From Amphiscolops sp. MND2022 (lineage: Eukaryota), in the NCBI GenBank assembly GCA_964187785.1, contig OZ076409.1, positions 9,116,001 through 9,180,000 of the forward strand: a DNA stretch of 64,000 nucleotides, read 5' to 3'. The translations under genes and the position numbers were made by a program. Numbering within the stretch: the first letter of the stretch is position 1; every line of letters begins with the position of its first letter. The notes beneath the pieces are model-generated. The model was not told the origin of the DNA. It made no database searches and saw only the letters and a program-made list of their open reading frames with translations. Of this stretch, positions 1-13,430 are shown one piece after another.

Positions 1-616
1 TCCGAACTGGTCGAGACATCACGAATGCCCAGCCAGAGGAAAGAAATGTACAAAATGCGACAAGATCGGCCATTACGCAAAATATTGCAGAACAAATAAA
101 AAGATAAACCGCATACAAGAACACGGAACCAGTAGTGCGGAAGAAGACGACTGGTCACCGAAAACAATCCTTTGCATTAATCAAAAGATCCATTCAACGC
201 GTCAATTGAATACAGACGGTTCAGATTTCTTTACACTCACCGCATTGGTCAACAACCGACCAATCAAATTCATAATAGACAGCGGATCACCGGTAACTCT
301 AATACCGAAATCACTATTTAATAGAATAACACCGTTGAAACCGCTGAAAACGGAATACCGAGACGTAAACGACAACAGAATTAAATTTGAAGGAAAAACA
401 ACTGCAACAGTAGAAATAAACGAAAAGCGAAATGATCTGGAAATCCTGATAACTACGAAGGAAACCAACCGTTTGTTAGGCTTGGACTGGATGAAAAAAC
501 TGGGAATAACGCTGGAGACCGGTAGAACCGATCCATAAATAAACCGTATCGTCGAAGATCCGGATATTACCACTCTCAAAAGGAAATTCAAGAAACTCTT
601 TCATGAAAACCATACG

Positions 617-1768
617 GTGAAAGGACTAGAAGTGGAAATACAATTAAAAGAAGACGCAAGGCTAATACAACAAAAAGGAAGGCCAATACCGATTCACTTA
701 CAACAATCGGTCGAAAAAGAAATTACCAAACTAATGAAACAAGGCCCCATCGAAAAAGCAAACAACATAGACGAAAACTGTTTCGTCAGCCCGGCAGTAA
801 TAACCGTAAAGAAAGACAAATCGGTAAAAATCGCCCTAGACTCGAGAAAATTGAACGAGATCACGATCAAAAGAAAAACACAAATGCCCAACATGGAGGA
901 ATTAATTTCCAGGATCTCCAGAAAAATTGCGGACGGACCGGCAGACGAAATCTGGACTTCGAAACTCGACCTAGACTACGCATACGGTCAATTATCATTG
1001 TCCAGAGAAGCCCGGAACCTGTGCATAATTGCCGTAACTGGTGGAAACTTTACCGGTTACTACCGTTTCCTGAAAGGGTTTTACGGGTTAGCGGACATAC
1101 CGACAATATTCCAAGAAAAAATCGACCAGACTTTAGAAAACAAACACCCAGCATGGCTAGACGATATAATAGTCGTAACCAAAGGTTCAAAAGAACAACA
1201 CAAAAAGGAACTAATAGATGTTCTAACCCGGCTAGAAAACGCTGGATACAAACTCAGCGAAAACAAATCCGAATTTTTCAAAACGGAGATTGAATGGTTT
1301 GGCCATAAAATTAACCAGAATGGAATCAGACCATTGCAAGACATATTAATGGCAATAAAAGAATTGAAAAGATCCAACAACGAAAAAGAACTCAAATCTT
1401 TTTTCGGAGCCATTCAATATTTATCCAAATATATCCACAATTTATCAGCACAAACAGATATCTTGAGACAATTACTGAAGAAAGATTATGAATGGATATG
1501 GACTGAAGAACATACACAAGCATTTGAGAATCTCAAACAAAAGATCACGGAAATACCGTGTTTGGCTCATTATAATTCATACTACCCAAACGTGATAACA
1601 ACCAATGCCAGTACAAAAGGCCTCGGTGCGACTCTATGGCAAGAACAACCCGACGGAAAACTGAAACCAATCGGCTTCGCAAGCCGATTCTTATCCGACA
1701 CCGAAAAAAAATACGCCATTAATGAACTCGAATTACTGGCCGTCGTTTGGGGGTTAGAACATTTTTGA
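617..1768 (+). pseudogene. Gypsy reverse transcriptase / RNase H segment of a disrupted pol
   Basis: ORF translation carries the RT and RNase H motifs. It is bounded by premature stops, and the same frame continues past them (HF*LYIYGKPIKLLTDH). Confidence 0.93.
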
Positions 1769-2679
1769 CTGTACATCTACGGTAAACCAATCAAGTTACT
1801 TACGGATCACCATGCATTAGAACCGCTCATTAAACGCAACTGGTCCAATAAAACATACAGCGCGCGGTTGACAAGGTGGTGGCTGGACGGATTAGCACAC
1901 TTTACGATCAACGTAAACCATATCGCAGGCAAACATTTAGCACTCACGGATTACTTGAGTAAAAATCCGACAGCGGATACGTCATCAACAAGATCCTACC
2001 ACACAAATTCATTTCCAAATACGGTTGCCTTAGCAACCAATCCGACCAATCAGAAGGCGGAACGGACGAAACCGAACACAAAACAAACAAAAAGTCCAGG
2101 TCAAAAGAAACGTGTGAACAAACAGCCATTGATTGCCGTAACAACACCGCGTTAACACGTAACTCTTTAAATACGAATTCCGAAAGCAATTCAAAAATTA
2201 CAATGGATGTCAAAACCATCGAACAAATTGCAGCTACCAATCCATCGACCGAAACCACCGAGCTAGTTCAACGATGGAAAGATATTGTCAAACCCGGTAT
2301 TTACCGTCTAACCGGGGAAAAGTGGAAGAAATACCACGAACCAAAATTCTTGAGAAATGAACGAAAACTAATCGAAGAAAGACTTCAACAGATAGTGCGG
2401 GGTCGGGAACAAGGGGATTTAAGACAGAAAATCGGCCCACAACAAAGCGGAGGTTTCCAACCTCAAACAAGAAGATCAGAACAATGGACCGTAGACCCGT
2501 TCTGGGAAGTAGATAGACCAACACCGACCTAACAACAACAAAACTTAACCGGACCATCAGTCACACCGATGACAAATCAACAGCTTGCCACCGTACCGAT
2601 GGAAGAAGGCGAAATCGACTCCGAAACGGACCAGGTCTCGTCTGTCTTGGAAGTACCCGTTTGGAACTGAGCACGATAC

Positions 2680-3793
2680 GTGGGAGTAAAAAGTGTTCAG
2701 TATGTCAAGATGGGACATGCCCCAAGAGTAGCGGCACAGGAAGAAAACAACTGGGACATCGAACAAGCCGTGCGCGAGACCGAGAGAAACTTCTCGACGG
2801 ATCTACAGCTTCTAATGACGGAAACCACCAATGATCCGACCCTACTCAAAACACTGGTCAGTCTGGAGCGACAGCAATACGAACTGATACCAGAAGAATA
2901 CCAGACATACAAAAAGAAATTATCCAGCAGGTTTGGTTTGGTTTTTATTGAGGACAAAATCATCGTCCCAGAGAACCTCCGAGCAACAGTTATTAGCCTA
3001 TTACACAAAGGCCATCCTGCCATCAACAAGATAACACTCGCCGCACGACACTTCTGGTGGCCACGGATGACTGAGGCAATACAAAAGAAGTGCGAGTCAT
3101 GTCTTCCCTGCAAAATGTCTGGTAAGAACATTGAACCTAACATTCCAAGTACGGAAACAAATAGCCTCCCACCATTAAATAATCCAAACGAAGAAATTCA
3201 ATTGGACTTCATTGGACCAATCACGGAACGTAACCGCCGGTTCTATATTTTACTGTCCATGGACCGGTACATCAAATGGCCAGCCAAGAGTTTTTGCGCA
3301 TCTACGGACGGCGAAACGGCAGTAAAATTCCTCGAACAGTACATCCGACTGAACGGTGTACCGAAAACAATTAGGACAGATAAGGCAACCGCCTTCACGG
3401 GACGCCTTTTTAGAGAATTCTGTAAAAAAACATTATACCAAACTAATATACGGGACACCGTACATACACACACCCACTGGCCTGGTAGAACGAGGGGTTA
3501 GAACTCTGAAGGAAAACCTCTTAACTAATATAAAGGCCGGAGAACGATTTGGAAAAGCCTTAGACATATCCTTAGATGTAATGAGGAAAACGCCACACAC
3601 ACGGTTGAAAAAATCGGCCTTCGAATTACACTACGGCAGAAAACCAAATACGGAAATAAGTAACTTATTAAACCTGGATGAAATAGAGAAACTAACAAAA
3701 CGTTCCGTTTTAGCCAAACCAGATACCTTACAGGTATATTCCTTCAGTGGAGCTGGCGGTGTGTCCGACCAGCTACCCATGAAGCCGAAGTAA
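2680..3793 (+). pseudogene. Gypsy integrase, frameshifted in the A-run near 3424-3430
   Basis: HHCC and the first two catalytic Asp residues are in 2680-3501. The GLVER Glu region is in the overlapping frame 3356-3793. Confidence 0.9.
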
Positions 3794-4817
3794 AACATAA
3801 AGGGAGTAAGTAATTATCCTTTCTCATTTTTAGAAAAGAAACATCAACGAAATAAGTTTGAAAGTGCATATTCCGATAAACCACAATTAGCAATATCGGG
3901 CACAAAACATACCGTAACTATACCTAACGGAAGAGTGATACATAGAAAACTGATCAGTAAACCCATTGAAACATTTAAACAGGAGGCCAACAACAGAGGA
4001 ACCGGACCACGCGGGACAGACGGCCGGTTTATCAAATCACCATCCAAACAGAGACGGGCAATGGTGATCGACTCCGCGGACGACCTAGAAACACCGTTGA
4101 TGGACCTGACCAGCCCAAAAACGCAAGAATCTCCGAACACTACAGTTACAAAGAGAGGCTCAATCGGCCGAGGCAGGCCCAAGCTGATCAGAGACCGAAC
4201 CAGTACAAGCTCACCCCAAACCAGCCCAGACAACAACACCACGCAAGGAAGCAACATGGGCCCACTGACTATCATAACCACGAATATGACAGACATGGAA
4301 GTAGACCGTTACATAGAAGACGCTAAAAGCGCCGAACAAGAAATTTTTATTCGGGACGAAAACGGTAAGGTATTTACTGATAATAAACCTCACCCGAGCA
4401 CAGTTGAAGATAACCTGGAAAATTCTGATCTAGATTTAGCAAGCAATTTGAGCTCCAGTACTGAAATCTAAACCGAGGAAAAAGAACCTATACGCAGATC
4501 TAAAAGACTGACAAAAACTAACCCTATTGTGAGATATAATAACCCAGTCTGTTGTGATTACAGGTCACACCGTAGAAAGGCTGAATTCGGATCTCACACC
4601 GAATCAAATGGAAGCTGGACAGGAGGGGTAAAACAGCAGCCTCTAAACCAGTCAAACGATAAGATACAGACGTTACGGACAGCCAATCACCGTAACACAC
4701 ATTACAGCCGGGAGCGGTCTACCGCCCACCAAACGCTGGACCAGTGGAGGAACAACTGCCACAGCGAGAAGAAGAATGCCCCTTTGGCAGACCATCAGCC
4801 GATAGTAAAGGGGGGAA

Positions 4818-5011
4818 TGTAGAGGACAGACAAACTCACTTAAACTAATTAGTCTGCTTGTACTATTTATACTTACTAATTTAAAGTATCTGCCCGCCAC
4901 ATAAGTGCGGATGAACTGAATACATTCAGTGATAGAAAAAGAAGATACAAGAATCAGTTGAATATTAGTAAACAATATCTTTCTCTTTACAAGTCAGCTA
5001 TAGATACAACA
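4818..5011 (+). repeat. 3' LTR of the Gypsy element (about 194 bp, TG...CA)
   Basis: Polypurine tract AAAGGGGGGAA (4807-4817) is directly followed by TGTAG. The end is inferred at TACAACA (5011); there is no second LTR in the window to confirm it. Confidence 0.7.
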
Positions 5012-7334
5012 GGCCCCTATTTCAACGCAAATTTTGTCCGCTATAAAATCTAATGAGCAACTTGTAACTGACAGTCAAAAGTAATGGATAGGATTATGTC
5101 GACATCAATTGCTTTAATGGACCAAAATTTCAACGCAAACGATGTCGACATAATGGTATTTGAACCTTCAGTTTTATTTCTCCCCCGCCGCAGTTTGGGG
5201 GGGGGATAGACGACATGGTCCAAGCGATTTTTTCACTGCAGTGTGAATTGTCATTCTCATTAAGCGCAAAATTAATTATTCGGTCTCCTTTGAACCTTGC
5301 TCACTGTTTGCCCTGATCAAGTTTTTCATTCTTGGAAATTTCTTTTGGCTGAGCCGATGCTGTTTATAGGATTGAATTAGCATTTAGTCTTTGTACCCTG
5401 TACCTCGAAACATTGTTATTCGCGAATGAACGAAGTTCTATTGTCTGTTATAGCAATTTCTTTCTTTTTCATCAGCCCAAAAAATGAAGATATCTCCCTA
5501 AAAAGTAATATCATTTCAGGTTTCTGATTCCTATAAAGTTTTTGCCCTTGATTATTCATTAAATCTAACGACGGAATAAAGTTACGTTCTCTAACCCGAT
5601 ATGTCCCCAGAAGAACCAATTTCTCAAAATTCATGAAAGGGTTAAGTGCTTCTTCTTGATGGAATTCAAAAACTCATTTTCTCTGCAATTATGCACGTTT
5701 TACAGCTTTTGGTTTTTAGTCGGCGCTTTTCTTAAGAATAGAGTCGACTATAGTCATGGCTTTTCGTCTGTGTTTTTTTTCGATACACCTGAAGTGACCA
5801 AAATAGTTTTATCAAAAGTTTTACAGTTTTAAATTGTACCTGTTTGCCCAGGGAACTGAATCAAAACGTTTTTTTTCCTATTTTTTCCGCGTTACATACA
5901 ATACCGGGCGAGACTAAAGGGTTCCCCCATTCAGTTTTTTTGGCATTGTGCGACTTTTTTTCCGAAAAAACTTTTCCAAAGTGTATTTTTTCCAAACCCT
6001 TTTCAGTTTTTTTCGGCATTGTGAATCTTTTTTTTCAAAAACATTTTTTCACCAAAGAGTCCCCCTTCAAACAGGTTGCCAAAGACAAGTGCGTCTCTGC
6101 CAAAATTTTTCTGGAAAACTTGTAAGTCTTCTCAACTAATTTACAAGTTCACTGCCCTCTCGATCTTCGAGCACGCCGAAATGGACGATGGGGTTACTTT
6201 CTAGAGGGGAGACCAAAGCGATCTTTGGATTTTTTAGCACTGTGGAGCTTTATCTGAGTTTTTAACCACATCGTCCCCTTATGACGTTTTGGTCTGAAAA
6301 AGACAGTTTGCGAGCATGAACAGATCCCCTTGGAATTTTCGACAATGTATGACATACCGAAAAAATAATTTATCAGAAAACTTTCCCCGAAAACACTTTT
6401 CTGCAAAAAGATTTTTTTCCACAAATGTTGTTTTCATGTAAAAGAGATTAGCTGCTCTTTTCGGATAGAAAGTTAGATTTTGTGGCCCAAGAACCACATC
6501 TTTGCGTATTTTCAGCAATGTGTGACTTTTTTTCGAATCAAAGTTTTCCTCAAAAAGTCCCAATGGCAGATTTTCGGGTCAAAAAAAGTTTTTTAAAGGA
6601 AAGGTAGCCCCTGAAAACTGGTTCGAATTTAAATTTTTAACCCCACCATAAAGTTTCTTCAGCGCGGCGATCCAACTAGATATAAAAGCGACCGAAGAAA
6701 TGGCTATAATTATCATCAATTGCATTCATAATTCACATTGCTGCATTCTCATTGGCTAACTTCAATCTCTATTTAATATTCATTAACTTGAATTCTTCGT
6801 TGTTCCTTGTCGTTGCAATAATTTGTTTATTCTGATTTCGATTGTTTTAAACACTTCAACGTGCCCTTAGGAAACCAGTCCGGAACAGTTTTTGCCCAAA
6901 ATCTACCAGGTGGGCTCAGTGTATGGGACTGTGATCGTGCGCAAATCAAATAAAATGCAAGCAATTGAATAAGGTTCTCAAGACAAACTTCTTTGTGAAT
7001 CTCATCATAAATCAAAGAAGCACGAGAAGAATGCAACTGCAAGCAACCGCCAGGGACAACCTTTTTTTTACAAACGTGCCAAGTACATCACGCAGCTCAC
7101 CAAATCCTTAGTTTAAGGACCTGGCGAGTTGCATTCACCAAGGCAATATTCCATTTTCACGAGTTGGATATGAAGCTTCGCGAAGTTGCTTTGAGAAGTA
7201 CACTGGCTGGTCAACGCCACGTGAGTCACTTTTAAGAACGAATTACATGCGCGAAGAGTACACAGAGATTATGAACTCAATTAAACAAGCAAATTCGTGA
7301 CTACGCAAAGGTGCACGTGACTTGAGGCAGAATA

Positions 7335-7685
7335 CACCGTTTCCACGTTAAATCAAGCACATCAGATATTAAATGAACAACCAATAGAAATTGATTAGCT
7401 TGATACAGCAAATCTCATTTAATATGAACGGAATCGTAGCTTGAATGAACGAACGCCGCATACGATTTTGTGTACATGTAGCATTCTGTGCTCAGCGTTT
7501 GTTAAATTTGAAAGCATCGTTGGTGATTCTTATTTGCTAACTCATTTGGAAGTTGATTTTGTTCACTTGATTTCTGATTGTAAAGCACTTTTAGTTTGGT
7601 GGCCGGTGATTGGCTGAAAATTTGGAACGAAAGACGAGACGATTCACTTGACATCTGATATGCTTCACTCAACGCGGAAACGGTG
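7335..7685. mobile_element. MITE with TA TSD (Tc1/mariner-type)
   Basis: TA|CACCGTTTCCACGTT...AACGCGGAAACGGTG|TA, with the inverted match extending imperfectly for about 40 bp. Confidence 0.75.
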
Positions 7686-7689
7686 TATT

Positions 7690-8200
7690 ACTATTGTACT
7701 AATTGCACGACAGTGGCGTCTCTCATTGAATCTTGCGATGAAGACGCGATGAATGCTGTGTCGTTATCCTAAAACATTGTTTCGAAGGACGTGCTTCAAC
7801 AGCAACTGGCCTTCATCATTACCGCATTTCGAGGAAGATCAGAGGTAGTTACTCATTTGGAGGGTCGCGGAAAAACCACAAACAGTATTCAAGTATACGA
7901 AAATGTACTTCACAATTGGGCAGCCCCAGAACTTTCCAAGTACAAGGTCAAGTTTGAGAATGTGATTTCTAAAAATCCAGATTTCAAGGTAATAGTGAAT
8001 GTGGCAAAGGTCCTTGGTGGTGAGAATGTGCCTGAATTTTCAGTCGGGCCATCGAAAATTTCAAAATTTGCCTATTGTCAGTGTCGAAGTGGAGCGACTT
8101 TTTTCGTACTCCAAGAGACTTCTAAGTCCCCAGAGCGAGCGGTACACAATCGAGCACAGTCGACCACGGTTTTTATGTGGAATAATGACTCTTCTTTGTG
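7690..8200 (+). pseudogene. Degraded hAT-like (DUF659/CGGBP1-related) transposase C-terminus
   Basis: KFENVISKNPDF..VAKVLGGE..KFAY, then after a frameshift SVEVERLFSYSKRLLSP, resembling the hAT C-terminal S..VER.FS motif. Recognised by eye. Confidence 0.55.
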
Positions 8201-8284
8201 AAATTTTGCGTTCCTCACTCAATTGTCTGCTCAATTTTGAGTCAATTTTGCTCAACTTAAGTGTCACTTTTTGCTCACTTTTAA

Positions 8285-9060
8285 TATTTTCCGCCCATAT
8301 TTCATATGGGGAAGGAAAATATTTAAATCGAACGGGTTTTTTTAACAAAATTTGCCAAGAAATATTGTTTACGTAATATGAAGAAGTACATTCACAGAAT
8401 TCAACTGACATCAATTTAGTTCCATGCGATATGTATTTGTAAAGATTTTTGGACTTTTTTGGGAATGACGGAAATGACCCCATAATGACCCAAAAATGAC
8501 CCCGAAAATGACAAAAATTCAAAACTTTCCCAATTTTCACCGTTTTCGTGCATTTTTTGCCATTTTTTCAATAAACATCGTGGATTAGAATGTTGAAAAC
8601 GTTCAACACGGCACGAATTCGTTGTCCAATAGTATTTTTTAAGGAGATAAATGCGTCTTTTCAAAAAAATTACCCCAAAAATGATAAAAAAAATTCCAAA
8701 ATTTTTCGATTTTTAACGTTTTTATGCAATTTTTGTCAAATTTTCGATATACTTCGTGGATTAGAATGTTGAAAACGCTCAACGTGACAGAAATGGCAGG
8801 AATTCATTGTCCAGTATGCTTTTCCGAAGAGATAATGGCTGTTTTCTAAATGAAAAATATATCAAATTCAAACCGAAAATGACAAAAAACCCAAAATTTT
8901 CCAAATTTCAAAGTTTTTATGCAATTTTTGTCAAATTTTCGACAGACTTCGTAGATTGGAATGTTGGAAAGAGTCAACAAGGAACAAATTTTTTTTCCAG
9001 TAGTCTTTTTCGAAGAGATTTGGGGCGGAAAATATCCCGCTGGTCCGCGGGCGTCTTGTT
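8285..9060 (+). mobile_element. Non-autonomous Helentron-like element, family C, with three ~180-190 bp internal tandem units
   Basis: 5' TATTTTCCGCCC followed by a partial inverted repeat (..GGGGAAGGAAAATA). 3' GGGCGGAAAATA, stem-loop CCCGC..GCGGG, then CGTCTTGTT. Units starting CGTGGATTAGAATGTTG recur near 8579, 8755 and 8950. Confidence 0.65.
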
Positions 9061-11715
9061 CAATAAAATCCTAAGCCTATTCGTATTGTTGAAATCCTCC
9101 CAATAGACGAACATGAGTGACCTGGTTCTAAGAATATCAGCGACATTCCGTTGCATTTCCGTTTTCATTCAATTGAGTTCTGTGTGCGTCATTTTTGCCA
9201 TGACCCTGTAAAAACAGTATACAAAACAAAATATTGAAACCACTGCGCCTTTTGGTTCTTCCATTTTGTTAAATTCTACATCGGGTCCACTTTTTTCTGC
9301 GTCGTAGTACGTCACGAATGAGAGGGCGTTTTTTGAACACCCGTCTCCTCCTTAATAAAACGCAATATAGTTCGAAGCTAACTTCAGAACTTCGGATATA
9401 TTCCAACATTCGCGATCCCCCGCTTCCTCTTTAATAAAACGCAAATTACTGGGGATATAACGTCAAAAGGTCGGAGATAGAGTGTTGGATAAATGGGAGC
9501 GCTTTTTTCGAGCCTACGACTCCTCTCAGTTGAAACGCCCTTTACTTCGCATATAAGGTCAAAAGTTAGAATAGTGTTTTTAAACATCATTGGTGAATAT
9601 TCATCGATAAAGCCTATAAAAAACCTAAAATAAAATTTCAAACAAAGATTTAAATTTTGAAAGTCTCAAGATACAAAAAAAAACATTCAACAGGCTTTTT
9701 GGCATCTGGGCAACACCATTTGGACTTTTTAACATTTTTAATCTAATTTGTTGTAAAATATCGGAAAATATGAACGGTGGACCCTTTGGACACATTAAAC
9801 CTGTTTAATTAAACACATTAAACAAAATCAAAAAGGGGGACACATTAGTCATGTCCGGTTTTGTATGATACAATAAAAAAGAAAAAACATGAAAGGGACC
9901 CTTTGCACTAACTTAGATGCGTTTCTGAAATGTTTGTTCAGTTGAAAAATTCAAAATTTGAATTTTAGAACTACCTTCATTTGCAGCTAAAAGGAAGAAA
10001 CGAGATATCGTAATGTAATAGTCGTGCTTTTTAAGTTGAAAGCGTCGATTTAAAAACTTCTAGTCACTGTAATAGAAGGGTACGTTTTTTAAACAAATTT
10101 CTCAGATTTTTCAGCTCAGAATATTTCATTACAGTTGTTATCGATCGACAGAAACCTGAATATGTATGCTTATTTAAAAGATGTTTCAGCAAAAAATACG
10201 AACAATATTGAACTGCCGTTGCGCCTGGTATTGAAAATTGGGTTCTGAACATGCACTGAATTCCGAGAATCGTGAAAATTTTTCGCATAAAAATTCAGAT
10301 GTCAGGTGCATATTTTACGCTCTGCTGAATTCGAGGGATGAAATTCGTTTTCTGAGTGACAACTAGATTATGGCAGATTGTTATCGAAGCAGCCCAAAGC
10401 TTAGTTTTAGTGGGTTGCTTTTTGAGCAGGATTTTTTGTGGAAAACGTTTCCTTTCCGAAAGGTTCACTTTTCACAATGCTTCAGCCCAAGGTCTAATGA
10501 GTACCAACCGAGATCAACCGGTCTTCGTTTTATGTGTTTCACATTTTTCATTGATCTACAAAACTAGAGAAAAGCAAGAGTGATTCTCGCTTTTCGAATT
10601 TTTTGGCACAGTATGACTTCTAGAAAATTCAACAATTCAGCTTTCAAAAAAGGCCGTTCAAGTCCAATTACGTTTTTTTGTACCTAGATTCTTTATTCTC
10701 AGACGCAAAAGGTACTTCAGACGAATGGAATGCGTCAAGAATTGGAAGAAACTATTTTGTTCGGCTTCATCAGGAAAGGAAGCAAAGGCCAACACAGAAA
10801 AACGTATAATGGTGGCATTCATTGGATTTTTTTCTGAACTGAAAACATCAAACAACCCATAGAATGAAAAAGAATCTTTCAAAACACTTTCATAGTGTCA
10901 AAATATTCATCAAGAGACACTTTTTTAAATATGCAAAAGGACACTATTGTCAAAATTACATCACATTTACTGTGCCAAAAAGACCCGAAGGTATACCCAT
11001 AAGACTCAGAAACCGCTTTTTTCCAGCTGGAAGCATCAGAAAACCCAAGTTTTTGAAAGTGAAAATTTTCTAAATTTTGTACCGAAAAAAATCTCATAGT
11101 GCCAAAAAAGAGCTTTGAGCTTGCAAAAAAATGTCTCCGATGAGTTGCATAGTGCTGGAAAACTCTAAGGGAGCTTTCTGTGCTCGTAAAACACTATAAA
11201 AAATGCAGGAGGGCAACTCGGTTGTTCCAAAAATACATAGAAGTCACATAGTACCGAAAAAACTCGAAAGGGGTCCCCTTGGTCTTTCCTCTACACTTGC
11301 AAGCATAAAAATCTTGGTTTGGTGCGGGATTCAAATTTAAGTACTCCGCCTTCTCAGGCTTCGTCACCAGGACTGGTAATCTGGTAACGTGCGTTAACAG
11401 CTAAGCCAACAGCCGGGAGCAAGTTTATGAATATCATGAAAATATATAGAAGTGGACGTTACAGGGTGACTGCCACTGTAAGAGTCGTTCACTGTTTTTA
11501 AAAAGCACTGATTAAAAACAGCTCTTTCGCATATTTGAAAGACTTTCTGAGTTTGAAGCGGGCGCCGAATTGACACGATCCCTTTTTACACATCATGGAA
11601 ACTAGCAAACGAAACTTATAGTTGTACCTCTGCTCTTTTTAAATCAATCTATATCGGATTTGGGATTTTGTTCCGATATTGTTTTAAATGAAATCTGTCG
11701 ACGTTTTTCCGGCAT

Positions 11716-12502
11716 TTTTAGTCGGCGCTTCCGTAGAAGGAGCAAACTGTAGTAGTGACTTTTTCTAAGACCGATGAACTGACAAGATTTATAAATTTCT
11801 GTGAGCTCATAATAACTTGTATCTTCTAACTGCCACTTGGCATAGAGGTTAAGTCGGATTTTCCGAGGTCCGAGGAACAGGAGTACGTGGGTTGGAGTCT
11901 CGTACTAAACCAAAGTTTTTATGCTTGCAGAAGTAGAGAAAGTAGAAGGTCCCACATTTAGTTTTATCTGCACTATGTGACTTTTCCCCGTTGTTTTTCA
12001 ATCGAAGTTCCACCTTTTGAGGTTTAGCGGAAGCAAAGCGTTAAAGCGTTTTGCGAGCATAGAAGGTCACTGTAGGGTTTTTGGCACAATGCAGTTTACC
12101 GAAAAAAAATCTGATTTTTTTCCACAATTTTTTTCGGTTTTTTCGACAGTCTCTGGTTTTTTGAGGTTTTCTGTGTGGAAAACTTGTTCCAGAGTCCTAA
12201 GATAACCTCTTTCATCATTTTTGGTCCAGTTGGACTGATGAAAATTTTTTCAATAATTGTGGAAAAAAAGCTACGGTTTTTTCGGCACTGTGCGACTTTT
12301 CCAAAAATTTTCCACAATTTTCGTTTTTTGATGTTTGTTGAGAAGAAGCGTTTTTTACTCTCATGGGATGTCCCTCTGGATAATTTCCGGTACTGTAAAT
12401 TTGATAACATTCTCACAATCGTGTCCCTGCATATTAAAAAAAATAAAATTGCTTTGGGCGAACCTTGAGCGGGGCGCCGACTTGGGCCGTTCCCGGTTTG
12501 TT
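11716..12502 (+). mobile_element. Helentron-like family A copy with an internal tRNA-like cassette (11832-11920)
   Basis: 5' TTTTTAGTCGGCGC and 3' GCGCCGACTTGGGCCGTTCCCGGTTTGTT. Internal TGGCATAGAGG (A-box-like), GGTTGGAGTC (B-box-like) and T5. Confidence 0.65.
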
Positions 12503-13041
12503 CAGCTGATAAAAGTGTTCAAAGGATGCAAAATGACAGAAATTAAGTTGGCGGAGTCTTGTCTTGAAGTACAATTTTCACATATTAACTACGTTTTCTT
12601 GACTTTCAGAGTAACGCTATTTGCTCACGCAGTTGTTTCTTACTTGCAAAAATAACATGGATTTTGTTCAATATTTCTCGGAATTTGGCATTTTTGGCCC
12701 ACTGTCTCAAGTGATATGCGTTTCCGCTATTGTCCAGAAACAGCATTATTTCGTGAGAAATTGTATTCACACTATTTTGAGGCAATGGCAGAAATAATCT
12801 TTCTTTTCATGAGCTAAACATCAGGATAACATGAGAAATTTTCTACTCTCCTGTAAGAAAATTAACATTACAAGCGAGAGTCTATCCGCTATTAACACGG
12901 TTTTCGGGGACCTTTTGCATTAGAAAGGCTGTCGAATGCTTAAACAAAATCTCCAACAACTAGGGACCCGTACTGGGAATGTTTTGACTTTTCAAGCGCA
13001 TGAATAAGCGGTCTCTTAAGCGGTTGGATGTCTAATAACAT

Positions 13042-13430
13042 CAGGTTGCCAGACAAAAGCGCTCAAAATACAGTCAAAAGCGCCCGAATCATGGGATTTA
13101 CTGACTCTTTTCCGCAACCGACTTTAGGTTCCTCACTTCAATTAAATAATTATGAGTTTTCCACTCTAAAACCGTGTATTGATTGATTTCTTCTTTTAAG
13201 AATTCATATTTTGTTGACAGAAATGCCAGAATTAACAATTAAGTCGATTTCAATTGGAGTTTGTTACGTGTGGAAATGTTAAAAATGGCATTACCAGTGA
13301 ACGATTATCTTGTTTGGACACCTTCCATTAGATTTAAAAAGAGGCAATGAAATAAGCTCAAAAATTAGCGAGGCGCTGTCTTGGGGCGCTTAGGACTGTG
13401 TAAAATGGGCGCTTTTGTCTGTACACACTA
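13042..13430. mobile_element. MITE with CAGACAAAAGCGC inverted termini; second copy at ~46707-47487
   Basis: CAGACAAAAGCGC...GCGCTTTTGTCTG; the body aligns with the 46.7-47.5 kb copy. Confidence 0.75.

Larger units (their letters stand above)
1..5011 (+). mobile_element. Decayed Ty3/Gypsy LTR retrotransposon; 5' end lies outside the window. Order: gag zinc knuckle, protease, RT, RNase H, integrase, 3' LTR
   Basis: Frame 2 from base 2 gives CTKCDKIGHYAKYC (CCHC). Protease IIDSGS is in 206-538. RT motifs LDSRKLN, KLDLDYAYGQ, GFYGLADIPTIFQ, AWLDD and RNase H T(N)AS..GLGA..Q / YAINELELLAVVWG are in 617-1768. Integrase HHCC (HKGHPA..CESC..C), LDFIGP and RTDKATAF are in 2680-3501, and GLVER in 3356-3793. 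In-frame stops at 536, 1766, 3791 and 4469, plus frameshifts. Confidence 0.95.

Noticed and set aside
536..538. Programmed readthrough at the TAA after protease, or at TGA 1766
   Set aside because: Neither stop is at the gag/pro boundary. The element has several other stops and frameshifts, and TGA 1766 fits a CGA>TGA mutation in HFRLY.
3935..4822. env-like third ORF
   Set aside because: It is in the same frame as integrase, with no signal peptide or transmembrane segment.
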